Made by a program: the position numbers and the translations under genes
From: an uncultured Clostridia bacterium
Lineage (GTDB): Bacteria; Bacillota; Clostridia; Christensenellales; Borkfalkiaceae
Direction of reading: 5' to 3'
DNA length: 64,000 bases
NCBI GenBank assembly: GCA_947625245.1
Contig: CANQNO010000003.1
Location: forward strand, 1,915-65,914
Notes under the pieces: generated by a model
Told to the model about the DNA's origin: nothing
The model's input: the letters and a program-made list of their open reading frames with translations, nothing else
Databases searched by the model: none
In this document: in pieces, positions 8,881-17,830 of the stretch
Numbering within the stretch: position 1 is the first letter of the stretch
Layout of the letters: the number at the start of each line of letters is the position of its first letter

Positions 8881-10083
8881 ATGGATTTTAAGGTTATATT
8901 GCAAAATACCGGCGCGACGTGGGCGGTAAATCTTATTTTGCTGGTTGCGGGTTTTATATTGCTTGTAAAAGGCGCCGATTTCTTTGTGGACGGTGCGGCG
9001 GGAATAGCCGAAAAACTAAACGTCTCCACGTTTATAATAGGCGTCACGGTAGTCGCCGTGGGGACTTCCCTGCCCGAACTCGCCGTAACCATTGTCGACG
9101 CGGTCAAACCCGACGGCGGCGCGGTTATAATAGGCAATATAATCGGCAGCAATTCGCTCAATATCTTGCTCATTTTGGGCATATCCGCGCTTATTACAAA
9201 TCTTCCGTCCGAAAGATCCACGCGCAGGATAGACATGCCGTTTTTGATTTTTTCTTCCGTTCTCTTTCTCGTTTTGGGAGTATTTGCGGGCGGCTATTCC
9301 ACGGGCAGGACGGCGGACGGCAGGTTTTTTCTCGACGGCACAATGACCTGGTATTGCGGGTTAATTCTGCTCTCCGCCTATGTGCTTTTCACCGTTTACA
9401 ATATTATTCTCGCAAAAAAGCAGTCCGCATCCCGCCGCGAGCAGGCTGCCGCCGCCGCGGAAGTCGGTGCGGGTTTGGCGGTAACCTCGCCGGAAGAGCT
9501 TAAATGGTATCAAAAATTCACGCCCTGGTACGAAAAAATGCAGGTTAAAACGTGGTTTTTGATAGTGATATGCGTCCTCGGGCTTGCCACGGTGGTGCTC
9601 GGCGCGCAGCTCGTAGTAGACAGCGCAACGGTAATAGCCGAAAATCTTATGGGAATCCCCACGGAGATAGTCGCCATGACGGTCGTCGCGTTCGGAACTT
9701 CACTGCCCGAACTCGTGACTTCGGTCTCCGCGGCAAAAAAGGGCGACGTGGGCATAGCCACGGGCAACATAATAGGCAGCAACATAGCCAATCTTTTATT
9801 GATAGGGGGAGTGGGCGCGCTGTGCTCCGCATCCCGCGGTATCCCGTTTACAATGGAGGGCATGGTCGGCGGAATAGTTTCGGTGTACGCTGCAGTGCTC
9901 ATTTTCGGGTTTTCGGCGGGCAGTCGGACTAAAAGCCTCGGCAAAGTTGCGGGGGCGGTAATGCTCGTTTCGTTTGTACTGTACTATGTCCTCGTATTTT
10001 TAAACCAATACGTATTTTTGTGGTATCTCCCGTCGGACGCCGCCGGCGCCGCGGCATATTTTACCTGCGCGGTTCCCGTATAA
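8881..10083 (+). CDS. calcium/sodium (CaCA family, YrbG-like) cation antiporter
   Basis: Two alpha-repeats, each with GTSLPEL ([22 protein letters not shown]), and multi-TM. ATG 8881 follows SD ACGGAG; the ORF-track start 8740 would translate through the hairpin. Confidence 0.8.
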   Translation: MDFKVILQNTGATWAVNLILLVAGFILLVKGADFFVDGAAGIAEKLNVSTFIIGVTVVAVGTSLPELAVTIVDAVKPDGGAVIIGNIIGSNSLNILLILGISALITNLPSERSTRRIDMPFLIFSSVLFLVLGVFAGGYSTGRTADGRFFLDGTMTWYCGLILLSAYVLFTVYNIILAKKQSASRREQAAAAAEVGAGLAVTSPEELKWYQKFTPWYEKMQVKTWFLIVICVLGLATVVLGAQLVVDSATVIAENLMGIPTEIVAMTVVAFGTSLPELVTSVSAAKKGDVGIATGNIIGSNIANLLLIGGVGALCSASRGIPFTMEGMVGGIVSVYAAVLIFGFSAGSRTKSLGKVAGAVMLVSFVLYYVLVFLNQYVFLWYLPSDAAGAAAYFTCAVPV

Positions 10084-10160
10084 AAAGCCGAAACACGGTC
10101 AACAATATTTGTAAGGCAGTACATATAATAAAATATACCCTGCCGACAAAGAGGTTTTGT

Positions 10161-10508
10161 ATGACTGTAAAGCGCGGAGAACTCTACTATGCCGACTTAT
10201 CGCCGGTCGTAGGCAGCGAGCAGGGCGGCGTTCGCCCCGTACTCGTGGTGCAGAACGACGTGGGCAACAAATATTCGCCCACCGTCATAGCGGCGGCGGT
10301 AACAAGCAAGATAAACAAGGCTAAATTGCCCACACACATCGAGCTTCCTTCATCGACTTACGGACTTCAGAAGGACAGCGTGATACTGTTGGAACAGATA
10401 CGGACACTCGACAAGCGTAGGTTAAAAGAACGCATAGGCGAGCTTCCGCTTTCCACCATGTCGAGAGTGGACAGGGCGATTTTAATCAGTTTAGGCTTTG
10501 AAAAATAA
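10161..10508 (+). CDS. mazF: MazF/EndoA (PemK family) endoribonuclease toxin
   Basis: 115 aa. [34 protein letters not shown]...KLPTHIEL...[17 protein letters not shown] is near-colinear with remembered B. subtilis EndoA. SD AAAGAGG lies 6 nt before the ATG. Confidence 0.85.
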   Translation: MTVKRGELYYADLSPVVGSEQGGVRPVLVVQNDVGNKYSPTVIAAAVTSKINKAKLPTHIELPSSTYGLQKDSVILLEQIRTLDKRRLKERIGELPLSTMSRVDRAILISLGFEK

Positions 10509-10513
10509 TAAGG

Positions 10514-10546
10514 TACGGCGCAGACGCGCCGTATTCTTTTATTTTT
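10514..10546 (+). terminator. intrinsic terminator after mazF
   Basis: 8-bp stem TACGGCGC/GCGCCGTA with a 4-nt loop, then TTCTTTTATTTTT. Confidence 0.7.
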
Positions 10547-10569
10547 CGGCTTCAACGAGGTCAAGTTTA

Positions 10570-10598
10570 TTGACAAAAATTGCCTTTGAGTATATATT
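10570..10598 (+). promoter_or_regulatory. sigma-A type promoter for lspA-rluD
   Basis: TTGACA (10570-10575), 17 nt, TATATT (10593-10598). The -10 ends 8 nt before ATG 10607. Confidence 0.45.
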
Positions 10599-10606
10599 AT
10601 AGTTGT

Positions 10607-11287
10607 ATGCTCAAAGGAAAGTTTAAACCTCACATCGGGTTAAAAAGCATAATACTTATTGCTGTATGCGGATTGCTTATCGCCGCGGACTTGCTTACAA
10701 AACACTTTGCCAAACTTCAGCTGTGGGATGTAAAAATAATACCGGGCTGGGTGGAACTCAGCGGCTACGTGCCCAACAACCAGGGTTGCGCTTTCAGTTT
10801 TTTAAACGACAACCCGCAGATAGGTCAACCCATTTTCATAACTCTCACGTTCATAATGCTCGCCCTTCTGGTATGTCTGTTCGTGTTTATGCCCGAACGC
10901 TTTACCGTATTAAAAATTTCGGTAACGCTCATAGCCGCGGGGGCGGCGGGCAACCTTACGGACCGCCTCGCTTTCCGTTCGGTGCGCGACTTTTTCGGTC
11001 TTAACATGCTGTTTAACGGCGGGCTGGTATACTGCAATCTTGCCGACTTCTTTGTGGTCATAGGCGCCGTGCTCGCGGTAATAGATATTCTGTTTTTAAA
11101 CGAATTTGCCGTTTTTCCCCTCACAAAACGCGCAAAAGAGGCGCAGGCGGCAAAAAAAGCTGCCGAAAACAACGGGGATAAAGCGGTAAACGACGGGAAA
11201 AACGCGCACGGCGAAATAACCGCGGAACAACCCGCGGAAGCCGAACAACCCGTTACGGACGTGAACGCGTCGGAAGAAGAAAAATGA
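10607..11287 (+). CDS. lspA: lipoprotein signal peptidase II with C-terminal low-complexity tail
   Basis: DLLTK, NQGCAFSF, GNLTDR, VRDFF and NLADFF motifs. About 55 aa of Ala/Glu/Lys-rich tail. Confidence 0.85.
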   Translation: MLKGKFKPHIGLKSIILIAVCGLLIAADLLTKHFAKLQLWDVKIIPGWVELSGYVPNNQGCAFSFLNDNPQIGQPIFITLTFIMLALLVCLFVFMPERFTVLKISVTLIAAGAAGNLTDRLAFRSVRDFFGLNMLFNGGLVYCNLADFFVVIGAVLAVIDILFLNEFAVFPLTKRAKEAQAAKKAAENNGDKAVNDGKNAHGEITAEQPAEAEQPVTDVNASEEEK

Positions 11288-12204
11288 AAACTTTCTGCTT
11301 TACGGCGGCGGAAAATTTCCCCCGCGCAGATCTTTTTTTAAGCGGTGAAATGTCGGATTTCACCCGTTCGGCTCTCAAAAAGCTGTTCGGTGACGGTAAC
11401 GTTCTCATAAACGGCAAGGCGGCAAAGCCGTCGCAGCTTGTAAAGACGGGCGATTCGGCTCAGGTCACCGTTCCCGATGCCGCGGAGTATGAGGCAAAGC
11501 CCCAAGACATACCCATCGACATAATCTATGAGGATAAAGACATAGCGGTGGTAAACAAGCCGCAGGGCATGACCGTGCATGCGGGCAACGGCAACTTCGA
11601 CAAAACTCTTGTCAACGCTCTCTTGTTCAGACTGGACAGCCTTAGCGGCATAAACGGGGTGATCCGCCCGGGAATAGTCCACAGGATCGACAAGGACACT
11701 TCGGGACTTTTGGTTGTAGCCAAAAACGACGCCGCGCATCTCAGCCTTTCGGGTCAGATAGAGGAAAAGACCTGCCGCAGAACCTATCTCGCGCTGTTGG
11801 AGGGCAAGGTAAAGGAAGACAGCGGCACAATTACTACGTATATAGGCAGAGACCCCCGCGACAGAATAAAAATGGCAGTGACGGAACCGGGGAAAGGCAA
11901 GCTTGCAATAACCGGTTTTACCGTTCTGAAAAGGTATAAACAGGGGTATACGCTCTGCCGTTTCGACTTGCACACCGGCAGAACACACCAGATACGCGTC
12001 CATGCCCGTTATATGGGGCATCCCGTAGTGGGCGACGCGGTTTACGGCATAAAAAAACAGAAATTCAACCTTAACGGCCAGCTCCTGCATGCCTGGCGTC
12101 TGAAGCTCAACCATCCGTCCACGGGAGAGGAAATGAATTTCGAAGCTCCCTTGCCCGAATATTTTACGGCAGTTCTTTCTAAGCTTGAAGAGGCGGAAAG
12201 CTGA
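11284..12204 (+). CDS. rluD: RluA-family 23S rRNA pseudouridine synthase (RluD-like)
   Basis: N-terminal S4 domain, catalytic HRIDKDTSGLLVVAK, and HQIRVH. Classic lspA-rluD pairing with a 4-nt overlap. Confidence 0.85.
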   Translation: MKTFCFTAAENFPRADLFLSGEMSDFTRSALKKLFGDGNVLINGKAAKPSQLVKTGDSAQVTVPDAAEYEAKPQDIPIDIIYEDKDIAVVNKPQGMTVHAGNGNFDKTLVNALLFRLDSLSGINGVIRPGIVHRIDKDTSGLLVVAKNDAAHLSLSGQIEEKTCRRTYLALLEGKVKEDSGTITTYIGRDPRDRIKMAVTEPGKGKLAITGFTVLKRYKQGYTLCRFDLHTGRTHQIRVHARYMGHPVVGDAVYGIKKQKFNLNGQLLHAWRLKLNHPSTGEEMNFEAPLPEYFTAVLSKLEEAES

Positions 12205-12257
12205 AGCTTAATTTTATAATAACCGTGTAAACGAAAATTTTATGGGAGGTTATCCAA

Positions 12258-12596
12258 ATGAAAAGCAAAAAAAACAACGACGAAACGTCGGGTGAGAGAA
12301 AGACTTCTAAAAGATACGGCAGGGCGGGATTTTCCAAATTTTGCGCGTTTTGGGGCGTAACTTTCGCCGCTCTGTGTTTTGCCGTGAACGGCATCTTGCA
12401 AATAGTGACCAAACTTACGGACGCCGACCTCAAAAATTGCATGACGGGCATAGACTTCGTGTCCAAATTTTTGTTACTTATAGCAGTGGCGGTTCCCGCA
12501 TACGGTTACGTGAACAACAAAAAACTGATCTGGAAAATCGTTTACGCCGCCGCAATAGTTTTTTACGCATGCTTCTGTGTGCTCCGCTTATTTTGA
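12258..12596 (+). CDS. hypothetical small membrane protein
   Basis: 112 aa. Basic N-terminus, then 3 predicted TM helices. Strong SD GGGAGG 7 nt upstream. Confidence 0.5.
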   Translation: MKSKKNNDETSGERKTSKRYGRAGFSKFCAFWGVTFAALCFAVNGILQIVTKLTDADLKNCMTGIDFVSKFLLLIAVAVPAYGYVNNKKLIWKIVYAAAIVFYACFCVLRLF

Positions 12597-12620
12597 TTAT
12601 AAAGGAAAAGAGTCAGGATT

Positions 12621-13931
12621 ATGGCAAATCCCCTTCTTGCGATCGTCGGCAGACCAAACGTAGGCAAAAGTACGTTTTTCAATAAGGTCGCCGGCAGAAA
12701 AATTTCAATCACAGAGGACAGACCCGGCGTCACGCGCGACAGGCTTTATGCCGACGCGGAGTGGCGGGGCAAGCCCTTTACGATAGTCGATACCGGCGGC
12801 ATAGAAATGCGGTCGGACGACGTCATGTGGCGCGAAATAAAAAAACAGGCGGAAGTAGCCGTCGACACCGCTGACGTCATTTTGTTTTTTGTCGACGGCA
12901 AGCAGGGGCTCACTTCTTCCGATTACGACGTAGCCGACATGCTCCGCCGCTCCGAAAAAACGGTAATACTCGTAGTCAACAAGGTGGACGAGTATTCGGA
13001 GGACAAGGTTTTCGAATTTTATTCTTTGGGGCTCGGCGAACCCTATCCCGTATCCGCCGAACACGGCACGGGCATAGGCGACGTTTTGGACGAGGCGGTA
13101 AGCTGGTTCGAAAAAAATCCCGTAACAGAGGATGGCAGCATAAAAATCGCCGTGACGGGCAAGCCCAACGCGGGCAAGAGCAGTCTTGTGAACAGGCTTT
13201 TGGGCTTCGAACGCTCCATAGTCACCGACGTTGCGGGCACCACGCGCGACGCAATCGATACAAAATTTTCGTATAACGGCAAAGAATACACCATTATCGA
13301 CACTGCGGGCATACGCAAAAAGAGCAAAGTAGAGGACGACGTAGAATATTATTCGGTAATGCGCGCATTCGACGCGGTGCGCAGGGCAGACGTCTGCGTT
13401 CCCGTCGTGGACTGCACCGAAGGGCTCACCGAACAGGATACAAAAATTATAGGTTACGTCCACGAACAGGGCAAGCCGTCCGTCATTGCCATGAACAAAT
13501 GGGATTTGGTAGAAAAGGACGCAAATACCATAAACGGGTTCGAGAAGAAACTCAGAGAAGATTTGAAATTCATGGATTATTTCAAGTCTCTGTACATTTC
13601 CGCAAAGACGGGGCTCAGGACTGAAAAAATTTTGTCGTTGGTGGACGAGGTCTACGCCCACACCAATTTCCGCGTACCTACGGGCACTTTGAACGACGTC
13701 ATTTCGGACGCCGCCCGCACAAACGAACCGCCTTCATATAACGGCAGGCGGCTCAAAATTTATTATTCTTCGCAAGTTTCGGTTGCGCCGCCCATATTCG
13801 TGCTTTTTGTAAATTCCGTCGATTTGCTGCACTTTTCATACCAAAGATTTCTCGAAAACACCATCCGCAAAAATTTCGATTTTTCGGGTACGCCCATTAA
13901 AATCGTCATAAGGGAGAGGAACGAAAAGTGA
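12621..13931 (+). CDS. der: ribosome biogenesis GTPase Der (EngA)
   Basis: Two G-domains (GRPNVGKST and GKPNAGKSS, with DTGG/DTAG and NKVD/NKWD) plus a KH-like C-terminus. Confidence 0.95.
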   Translation: MANPLLAIVGRPNVGKSTFFNKVAGRKISITEDRPGVTRDRLYADAEWRGKPFTIVDTGGIEMRSDDVMWREIKKQAEVAVDTADVILFFVDGKQGLTSSDYDVADMLRRSEKTVILVVNKVDEYSEDKVFEFYSLGLGEPYPVSAEHGTGIGDVLDEAVSWFEKNPVTEDGSIKIAVTGKPNAGKSSLVNRLLGFERSIVTDVAGTTRDAIDTKFSYNGKEYTIIDTAGIRKKSKVEDDVEYYSVMRAFDAVRRADVCVPVVDCTEGLTEQDTKIIGYVHEQGKPSVIAMNKWDLVEKDANTINGFEKKLREDLKFMDYFKSLYISAKTGLRTEKILSLVDEVYAHTNFRVPTGTLNDVISDAARTNEPPSYNGRRLKIYYSSQVSVAPPIFVLFVNSVDLLHFSYQRFLENTIRKNFDFSGTPIKIVIRERNEK

Positions 13932-14671
13932 CGGGTGAAAATTTACGCGAGTTGACCGTTGCGGGGAGTTGGTACTATTTTCTTATAGGCGCGGTCGTAT
14001 GCTATTTTATCGGCTGTTTCAATTTCGCCGTGCTGATATCCCGCTTTAAAAAACACGATATCCGCGTCGAGGGCAGCGGCAATCCGGGCACAATGAACAT
14101 GACCCGCACTTTCGGTTTGAAAATAGGCGCCGTTAACTTTTTCTGCGACGTATTCAAAGGCGGTTTCCCCGCGCTTATCGGTTGGATTATTTTCAAAGAT
14201 TTCAGGTTTGCGGGCACTTATTTTCAGGTTTCAGATTTTGCACGTTATCTTTTCGGGCTGTGCGTCGTGATAGGGCATATTTTCCCCGTCACGATGAAGT
14301 TCAAAGGGGGTAAGGGCATTGCTTCCACAATGGGGCTTTTCGCCTTTTCGCTCGCCTGCGACAAATGGTGGTACTTCCTCATAGCGGTAGCGCTGCTTAT
14401 AGGCGTACTCCTATATATCGTCTTTACCGAAATGGGCAGCATGGGCTCGCTTTTGGGTGTAACGGGTTTATCCGTATTTCAGGCTTCCGTTTTCATTACC
14501 AAATATCCGTCAATGCTTTCAAACGGCTTTGTTGCGGCGGTAATGATGATATTGTTTGCAATAAACTTTTTGACCTGGTTTGCCCACCGCAAAAACATTT
14601 TCCGCCTTTTGGCGGGGGGAGAGCACCGCACTTCTGTGCGAAAGCATAAAAAAGCGCGCGGGCAAAATTGA
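13928..14671 (+). CDS. plsY: glycerol-3-phosphate acyltransferase PlsY
   Basis: GSGNPGTMN motif, multi-TM, der-plsY synteny. GTG start overlaps the der stop after SD GGGAGAGG. Confidence 0.85.
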   Translation: MTGENLRELTVAGSWYYFLIGAVVCYFIGCFNFAVLISRFKKHDIRVEGSGNPGTMNMTRTFGLKIGAVNFFCDVFKGGFPALIGWIIFKDFRFAGTYFQVSDFARYLFGLCVVIGHIFPVTMKFKGGKGIASTMGLFAFSLACDKWWYFLIAVALLIGVLLYIVFTEMGSMGSLLGVTGLSVFQASVFITKYPSMLSNGFVAAVMMILFAINFLTWFAHRKNIFRLLAGGEHRTSVRKHKKARGQN

Positions 14672-14682
14672 AGAAATAAAAG

Positions 14683-14712
14683 AACGCCGCCGAATTTATC
14701 GGCGGCGTTTGA
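14683..14712. terminator. bidirectional intrinsic terminator between convergent plsY and the - strand gene
   Basis: AACGCCGCCGA / TCGGCGGCGTT stem with a 5-nt loop, flanked by an A-run and a T-run. Confidence 0.7.
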
Positions 14713-14723
14713 ATATTTGAAAT

Positions 14724-15206
14724 TTATTTTCCCGGTTTGTCGTCGGGCGTGTTGATTTTGGAATTTATCGTGTACTCTATCGCGGGGTTGCATTTTAAAA
14801 GTTCTGATATAAATTCCTCGTACCACTCAGGCTTGACCACTATAACTATAAACGAGTCGTCCTTGAAGTGGACGGTGAGCTTGCCGTTTTCCCTGTCGAG
14901 CAAAATTTTTACGATATTGTCCGTATCGAATACGCTCTTTATCAACCCGAAGCTCGTCTTGAATTTTTTGTCGCCCACGGCGTAATACGACGAGACGAGC
15001 AGGCTTATAAGCATCGTCGCCATTAGTACGGACGCAAAGAACATAGCCGCATAGCTTATTATGGGATAAACGATATTTGCCGAATTGTTGTAGTTTTTTG
15101 CCAGAACGTTATAAAGTGTAATTCCGAAAGCCACTGCGGCGAGCGCAAGCCCCAGCCAGATGAAAACCCGCGCCGCGACCGAAAATTTGTATTTGAAAAT
15201 TTTCAT
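14724..15206 (-). CDS. hypothetical membrane protein (two TM helices plus PH-like C-terminal domain)
   Basis: MKIFKYKF... with two hydrophobic helices and a soluble C-domain. Start taken at the internal ATG (15206) rather than the ORF-track 15254. Confidence 0.5.
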   Translation of the reverse strand: MKIFKYKFSVAARVFIWLGLALAAVAFGITLYNVLAKNYNNSANIVYPIISYAAMFFASVLMATMLISLLVSSYYAVGDKKFKTSFGLIKSVFDTDNIVKILLDRENGKLTVHFKDDSFIVIVVKPEWYEEFISELLKCNPAIEYTINSKINTPDDKPGK

Positions 15207-15250
15207 AATGCAATTATAACCCCGCGCGGCAAAAATTGCAACCGTTCTTT

Positions 15251-15283
15251 GCAAAATTAAAAGGCGCGGGTTATCCGCGCCTT
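15251..15283 (-). terminator. intrinsic terminator (- strand) after the small secreted-protein gene
   Basis: On the - strand, AAGGCGCGG ATAAC CCGCGCCTT followed by TTAATTTTG. Confidence 0.6.
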
Positions 15284-15289
15284 CTATTG

Positions 15290-15580
15290 TCAGTTATAAT
15301 GCGGCAGTCTGCTGAATCTCCCCGGGAAATCCGAAGGCGACGGTATGCCGATGCGTATTTTGCCGTCGTCTCTATCTTCCCGCCCGCCGTCGGGGCAGGG
15401 AATTTTATCAGGGGTTCCGTGCTCTCCGTCCGTGCCGGAGGGGTCTTTTGCGGTTTGTCCGGGCATCGCCGTTTCGGTTGCGGGCGCGCAAACCGTTTTG
15501 CCCGTGCCTGCCGCCCAGCCTGCGCCGAATATCACGCTCAATCCCAATGCCGTCGCGGCAAAATACAAAAACTTTTTCAT
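15290..15580 (-). CDS. hypothetical small secreted protein (signal peptide, Gly/Pro/Asp-rich)
   Basis: MKKFLYFAATALGLSVIFGAGWAAG signal-like N-terminus from the internal ATG at 15580. No recognisable domain. Confidence 0.4.
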   Translation of the reverse strand: MKKFLYFAATALGLSVIFGAGWAAGTGKTVCAPATETAMPGQTAKDPSGTDGEHGTPDKIPCPDGGREDRDDGKIRIGIPSPSDFPGRFSRLPHYN

Positions 15581-15620
15581 ATAAAAAGTATGGAAAATAT
15601 AAAAACGATTATTCAAAAAC

Positions 15621-15649
15621 TTGCAAAAAAAAATTTTTTGTTATAAAAT
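15621..15649 (+). promoter_or_regulatory. candidate promoter of the TM1266-like/ABC operon
   Basis: TTGCAA (15621-15626), 17 nt, TAAAAT (15644-15649). Alternative reading is TGtTATAAA as an extended -10. Confidence 0.4.
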
Positions 15650-15737
15650 TAAACTACCTGAACGCGAAGAAGATTCTGAGGGCAAAGGGCTTAAATATTT
15701 CCGCTGGCGCACTGTGCGGCGGCGGGGGTTTGCCTTT

Positions 15738-15759
15738 CCCTCTTACGGAGGGTTTTTTT
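15738..15759 (+). promoter_or_regulatory. SD-sequestering hairpin followed by T7 tract directly before the start codon
   Basis: CCCTC (15738-15742) pairs with GAGGG (15748-15752, the SD), with a 5-nt loop. TTTTTTT follows at 15753-15759, then ATG 15760. Confidence 0.4.
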
Positions 15760-16008
15760 ATGTCGGAAAACAGGATAGCCGTTATAAGCGTTATTTCCGA
15801 AAGCCGTAAACAGAGCGGCGAGATAAACGCCGTTCTTTCGGAGTACGGCGATTACGTTATAGGCAGAATGGGAATACCTTATAAAGAAAAATCGGTATTC
15901 ATAATAAGCGTGGCGGTGGACGCCCCCGCGGAAATCATCAACACCGTAACGGGCAGGATAGGTCAGATACAGGGCGTGACCGCAAAAACGCTTATGTCCA
16001 AACTTTGA
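15760..16008 (+). CDS. TM1266-family ACT-like small regulator (family usually annotated as 'iron-only hydrogenase system regulator')
   Basis: 82 aa. RIAVISVISE.R..SGEINAVLSEYGDYVIGRMGIPYKEKSVFIISVAVDAPAEIINTVTGRIGQIQGV matches the remembered family pattern. SD GGAGG 8 nt upstream. Confidence 0.65.
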   Translation: MSENRIAVISVISESRKQSGEINAVLSEYGDYVIGRMGIPYKEKSVFIISVAVDAPAEIINTVTGRIGQIQGVTAKTLMSKL

Positions 16009-16058
16009 TAAATTTTTTTGAGGTAAAAGGGCAACCTGATACCGAAAGGAGTGTATAT

Positions 16059-17045
16059 ATGAAAAAACTTTTGGCAACCTTGACGTGTGCGCTTCTCGCC
16101 GTAGTTACGGCGGTTTGCGTTACCGCCTGCAACCGCGGCGCAAAGACCGCGGTAAACGTCTATGCGCCCGACGGCGCACCCGCGCTCGCGCTTGCTAAGC
16201 TAATGCACGAGGAAAACGATTTGGGCGAAGACGTAAGCTACCACATCGTCGATAGCGGTTCGCTTACAAGCAGAGTTACCGCAGGCAACGAGGCGGACAA
16301 CGCGGACTTAATTATCATGCCCGTGAATATGGCGAGCAAAGTTTTGAACGACGGGTCGAGATATAAGATGCTCGGCACGGTAACGCACGGAAACCTGTTT
16401 ATTCTTGCAAACAAAAACGCCGAACAGCTCACCCGCGACAATTTTGCCGAAAAATTAAGCGGCAAAAAAGTGGGCGTGATCAACCTCACCGAATTCCCGG
16501 GGGTAATGTTCCGGACCCTGCTTGCAAAATATTCCGTTACCGCGGAACTTTCGCAGGTGGCTCCCGCGGGCGTTACGGGGACTGACCTAAGTTACGATTA
16601 TTTCCTTGTACCCGAACCCGCCGCAAGCACGAGAGTAGGCGTCACGGCTGCGGAACTTGCCTTTGTGGGCGACGTACAGGAGTTATACGGCGAAGGCGGC
16701 TATCCGCAGGCAGTTCTGATGGCTAAAACTTCGCTTATCGAACAAAATCCTCAATTTATATCGCGCTTTACCGAAGCTCTTGCCGATTCGTGCGGCTGGA
16801 TAATGAACGAAGAGGTCACACAGGATATGATACTTACGGCTATCAAAAATCATTATCCCGACCCCGAAAACACCGACCCTGCGTTCAAAAATCTCAGCAA
16901 GACCGTAATATCGCACTGCGCCGTGCGCTTTGAAGATTCAGCTTCCTGCAAAGAGGACGTAAAATCCCTTCTTTCCGCTTTCATTTCGGTGAACGGGGAG
17001 TTTGCAAAGGAAGTGGAGGATAACTTCTTTTATTTAGCATCCTGA
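16059..17045 (+). CDS. ABC transporter substrate-binding lipoprotein (NitT/TauT / NMT1-like)
   Basis: Signal peptide with lipobox VTAC, periplasmic-binding-like body. SD AAAGGAG 7 nt before ATG 16059. Confidence 0.7.
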   Translation: MKKLLATLTCALLAVVTAVCVTACNRGAKTAVNVYAPDGAPALALAKLMHEENDLGEDVSYHIVDSGSLTSRVTAGNEADNADLIIMPVNMASKVLNDGSRYKMLGTVTHGNLFILANKNAEQLTRDNFAEKLSGKKVGVINLTEFPGVMFRTLLAKYSVTAELSQVAPAGVTGTDLSYDYFLVPEPAASTRVGVTAAELAFVGDVQELYGEGGYPQAVLMAKTSLIEQNPQFISRFTEALADSCGWIMNEEVTQDMILTAIKNHYPDPENTDPAFKNLSKTVISHCAVRFEDSASCKEDVKSLLSAFISVNGEFAKEVEDNFFYLAS

Positions 17046-17830
17046 TGAAAAAATTTTTTCACGGCAAAAAATTGAATATTTTATATTCCGTAATCGCCGT
17101 GATTTTCATGTGGGTGGTTTGGATAATTGCCTGCCATATAGCGGACAACCCGCTTTTGGTGCCTTCCTGGAACGAAACTTTCCGCGAAATTTGGCAGTGC
17201 TTAAAAAGCGGCGAATTTTGGATTGCGCTCGGCGGCACGTTTTGGAGAACTATAGCCGCGTTTGCCGTATCTTTCGCTCTGGCGGGTGTTCTGGCGGCGC
17301 TTTCCTGTATTGCCCCGCCGCTCCGCGCGGGGTTGCGCCCCGTAATCGCCTTTGTAAGAATTTTGCCCACCCTCGCGGTAATTCTCCTTATTTTAAGATG
17401 GACGGAAAGCGACAAAAACGTCGCGCCCGTAATAGTTACCGTGCTGGTGCTTTTTCCCATGATTTACGCGCAGATAATGGCTGCTGCGGACGGCGTGGAC
17501 GGCGGGCTGAAAGATTTTATAAAAGTTTACGGCATAAAAAAACGCGAAGCGCTTTTCAAGATTTATTTGCCCGCTGTCTGTCCCAACGTTTTGGCGCAGA
17601 CGGGCGCTAACGTCTCTCTCGGGTTTAAAATAATGGTTTCGGGGGAGGTGCTTGCCTTTACCCGCAAAGGCGTGGGCGGGCTTATGCAGTCTGCCAATTT
17701 ATCGGCAATGGTAGCGCGTCTCGCCGCGCTCACTTTAATTGTCGTGGCGGTTGGGATAGTTACCGACATACTTTTTTCGCAGTTTGCGCGCATTACCTAT
17801 AAATGGAGCAAAAAGGACGCCGATGATTGA
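17045..17830 (+). CDS. ABC transporter permease (NitT/TauT family)
   Basis: 261 aa, about 6 TM. BPD-type permease architecture directly following the SBP gene. Confidence 0.8.
   Translation: MKKFFHGKKLNILYSVIAVIFMWVVWIIACHIADNPLLVPSWNETFREIWQCLKSGEFWIALGGTFWRTIAAFAVSFALAGVLAALSCIAPPLRAGLRPVIAFVRILPTLAVILLILRWTESDKNVAPVIVTVLVLFPMIYAQIMAAADGVDGGLKDFIKVYGIKKREALFKIYLPAVCPNVLAQTGANVSLGFKIMVSGEVLAFTRKGVGGLMQSANLSAMVARLAALTLIVVAVGIVTDILFSQFARITYKWSKKDADD

Noticed and set aside
10020-10160. A 47-codon N-terminal extension of the mazF ORF, or a hidden antitoxin overlapping the antiporter 3' end.
   Set aside because: The extension is an Arg-rich alternative-frame reading of the antiporter gene. It has no SD, whereas ATG 10161 has AAAGAGG at ideal spacing. 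It does not resemble MazE, RHH or AbrB.
15650-15759. TPP or ZTP riboswitch upstream of the NMT1-like ABC operon. The fragments ACCTGA, CTGAG and GCTGGCG caught the eye.
   Set aside because: The fragments are in the wrong order and spacing for the TPP consensus (CUGAGA should precede ACCUGAUCUGG...). I could not build the P1-P5 or pfl architecture. The region is kept only as an unclassified leader.
15448-15759. A 186-aa ORF extending the TM1266-like gene upstream.
   Set aside because: The extension is antisense to the small secreted-protein gene and crosses the promoter and leader. The family is about 80-90 aa, and ATG 15760 has a GGAGG SD.
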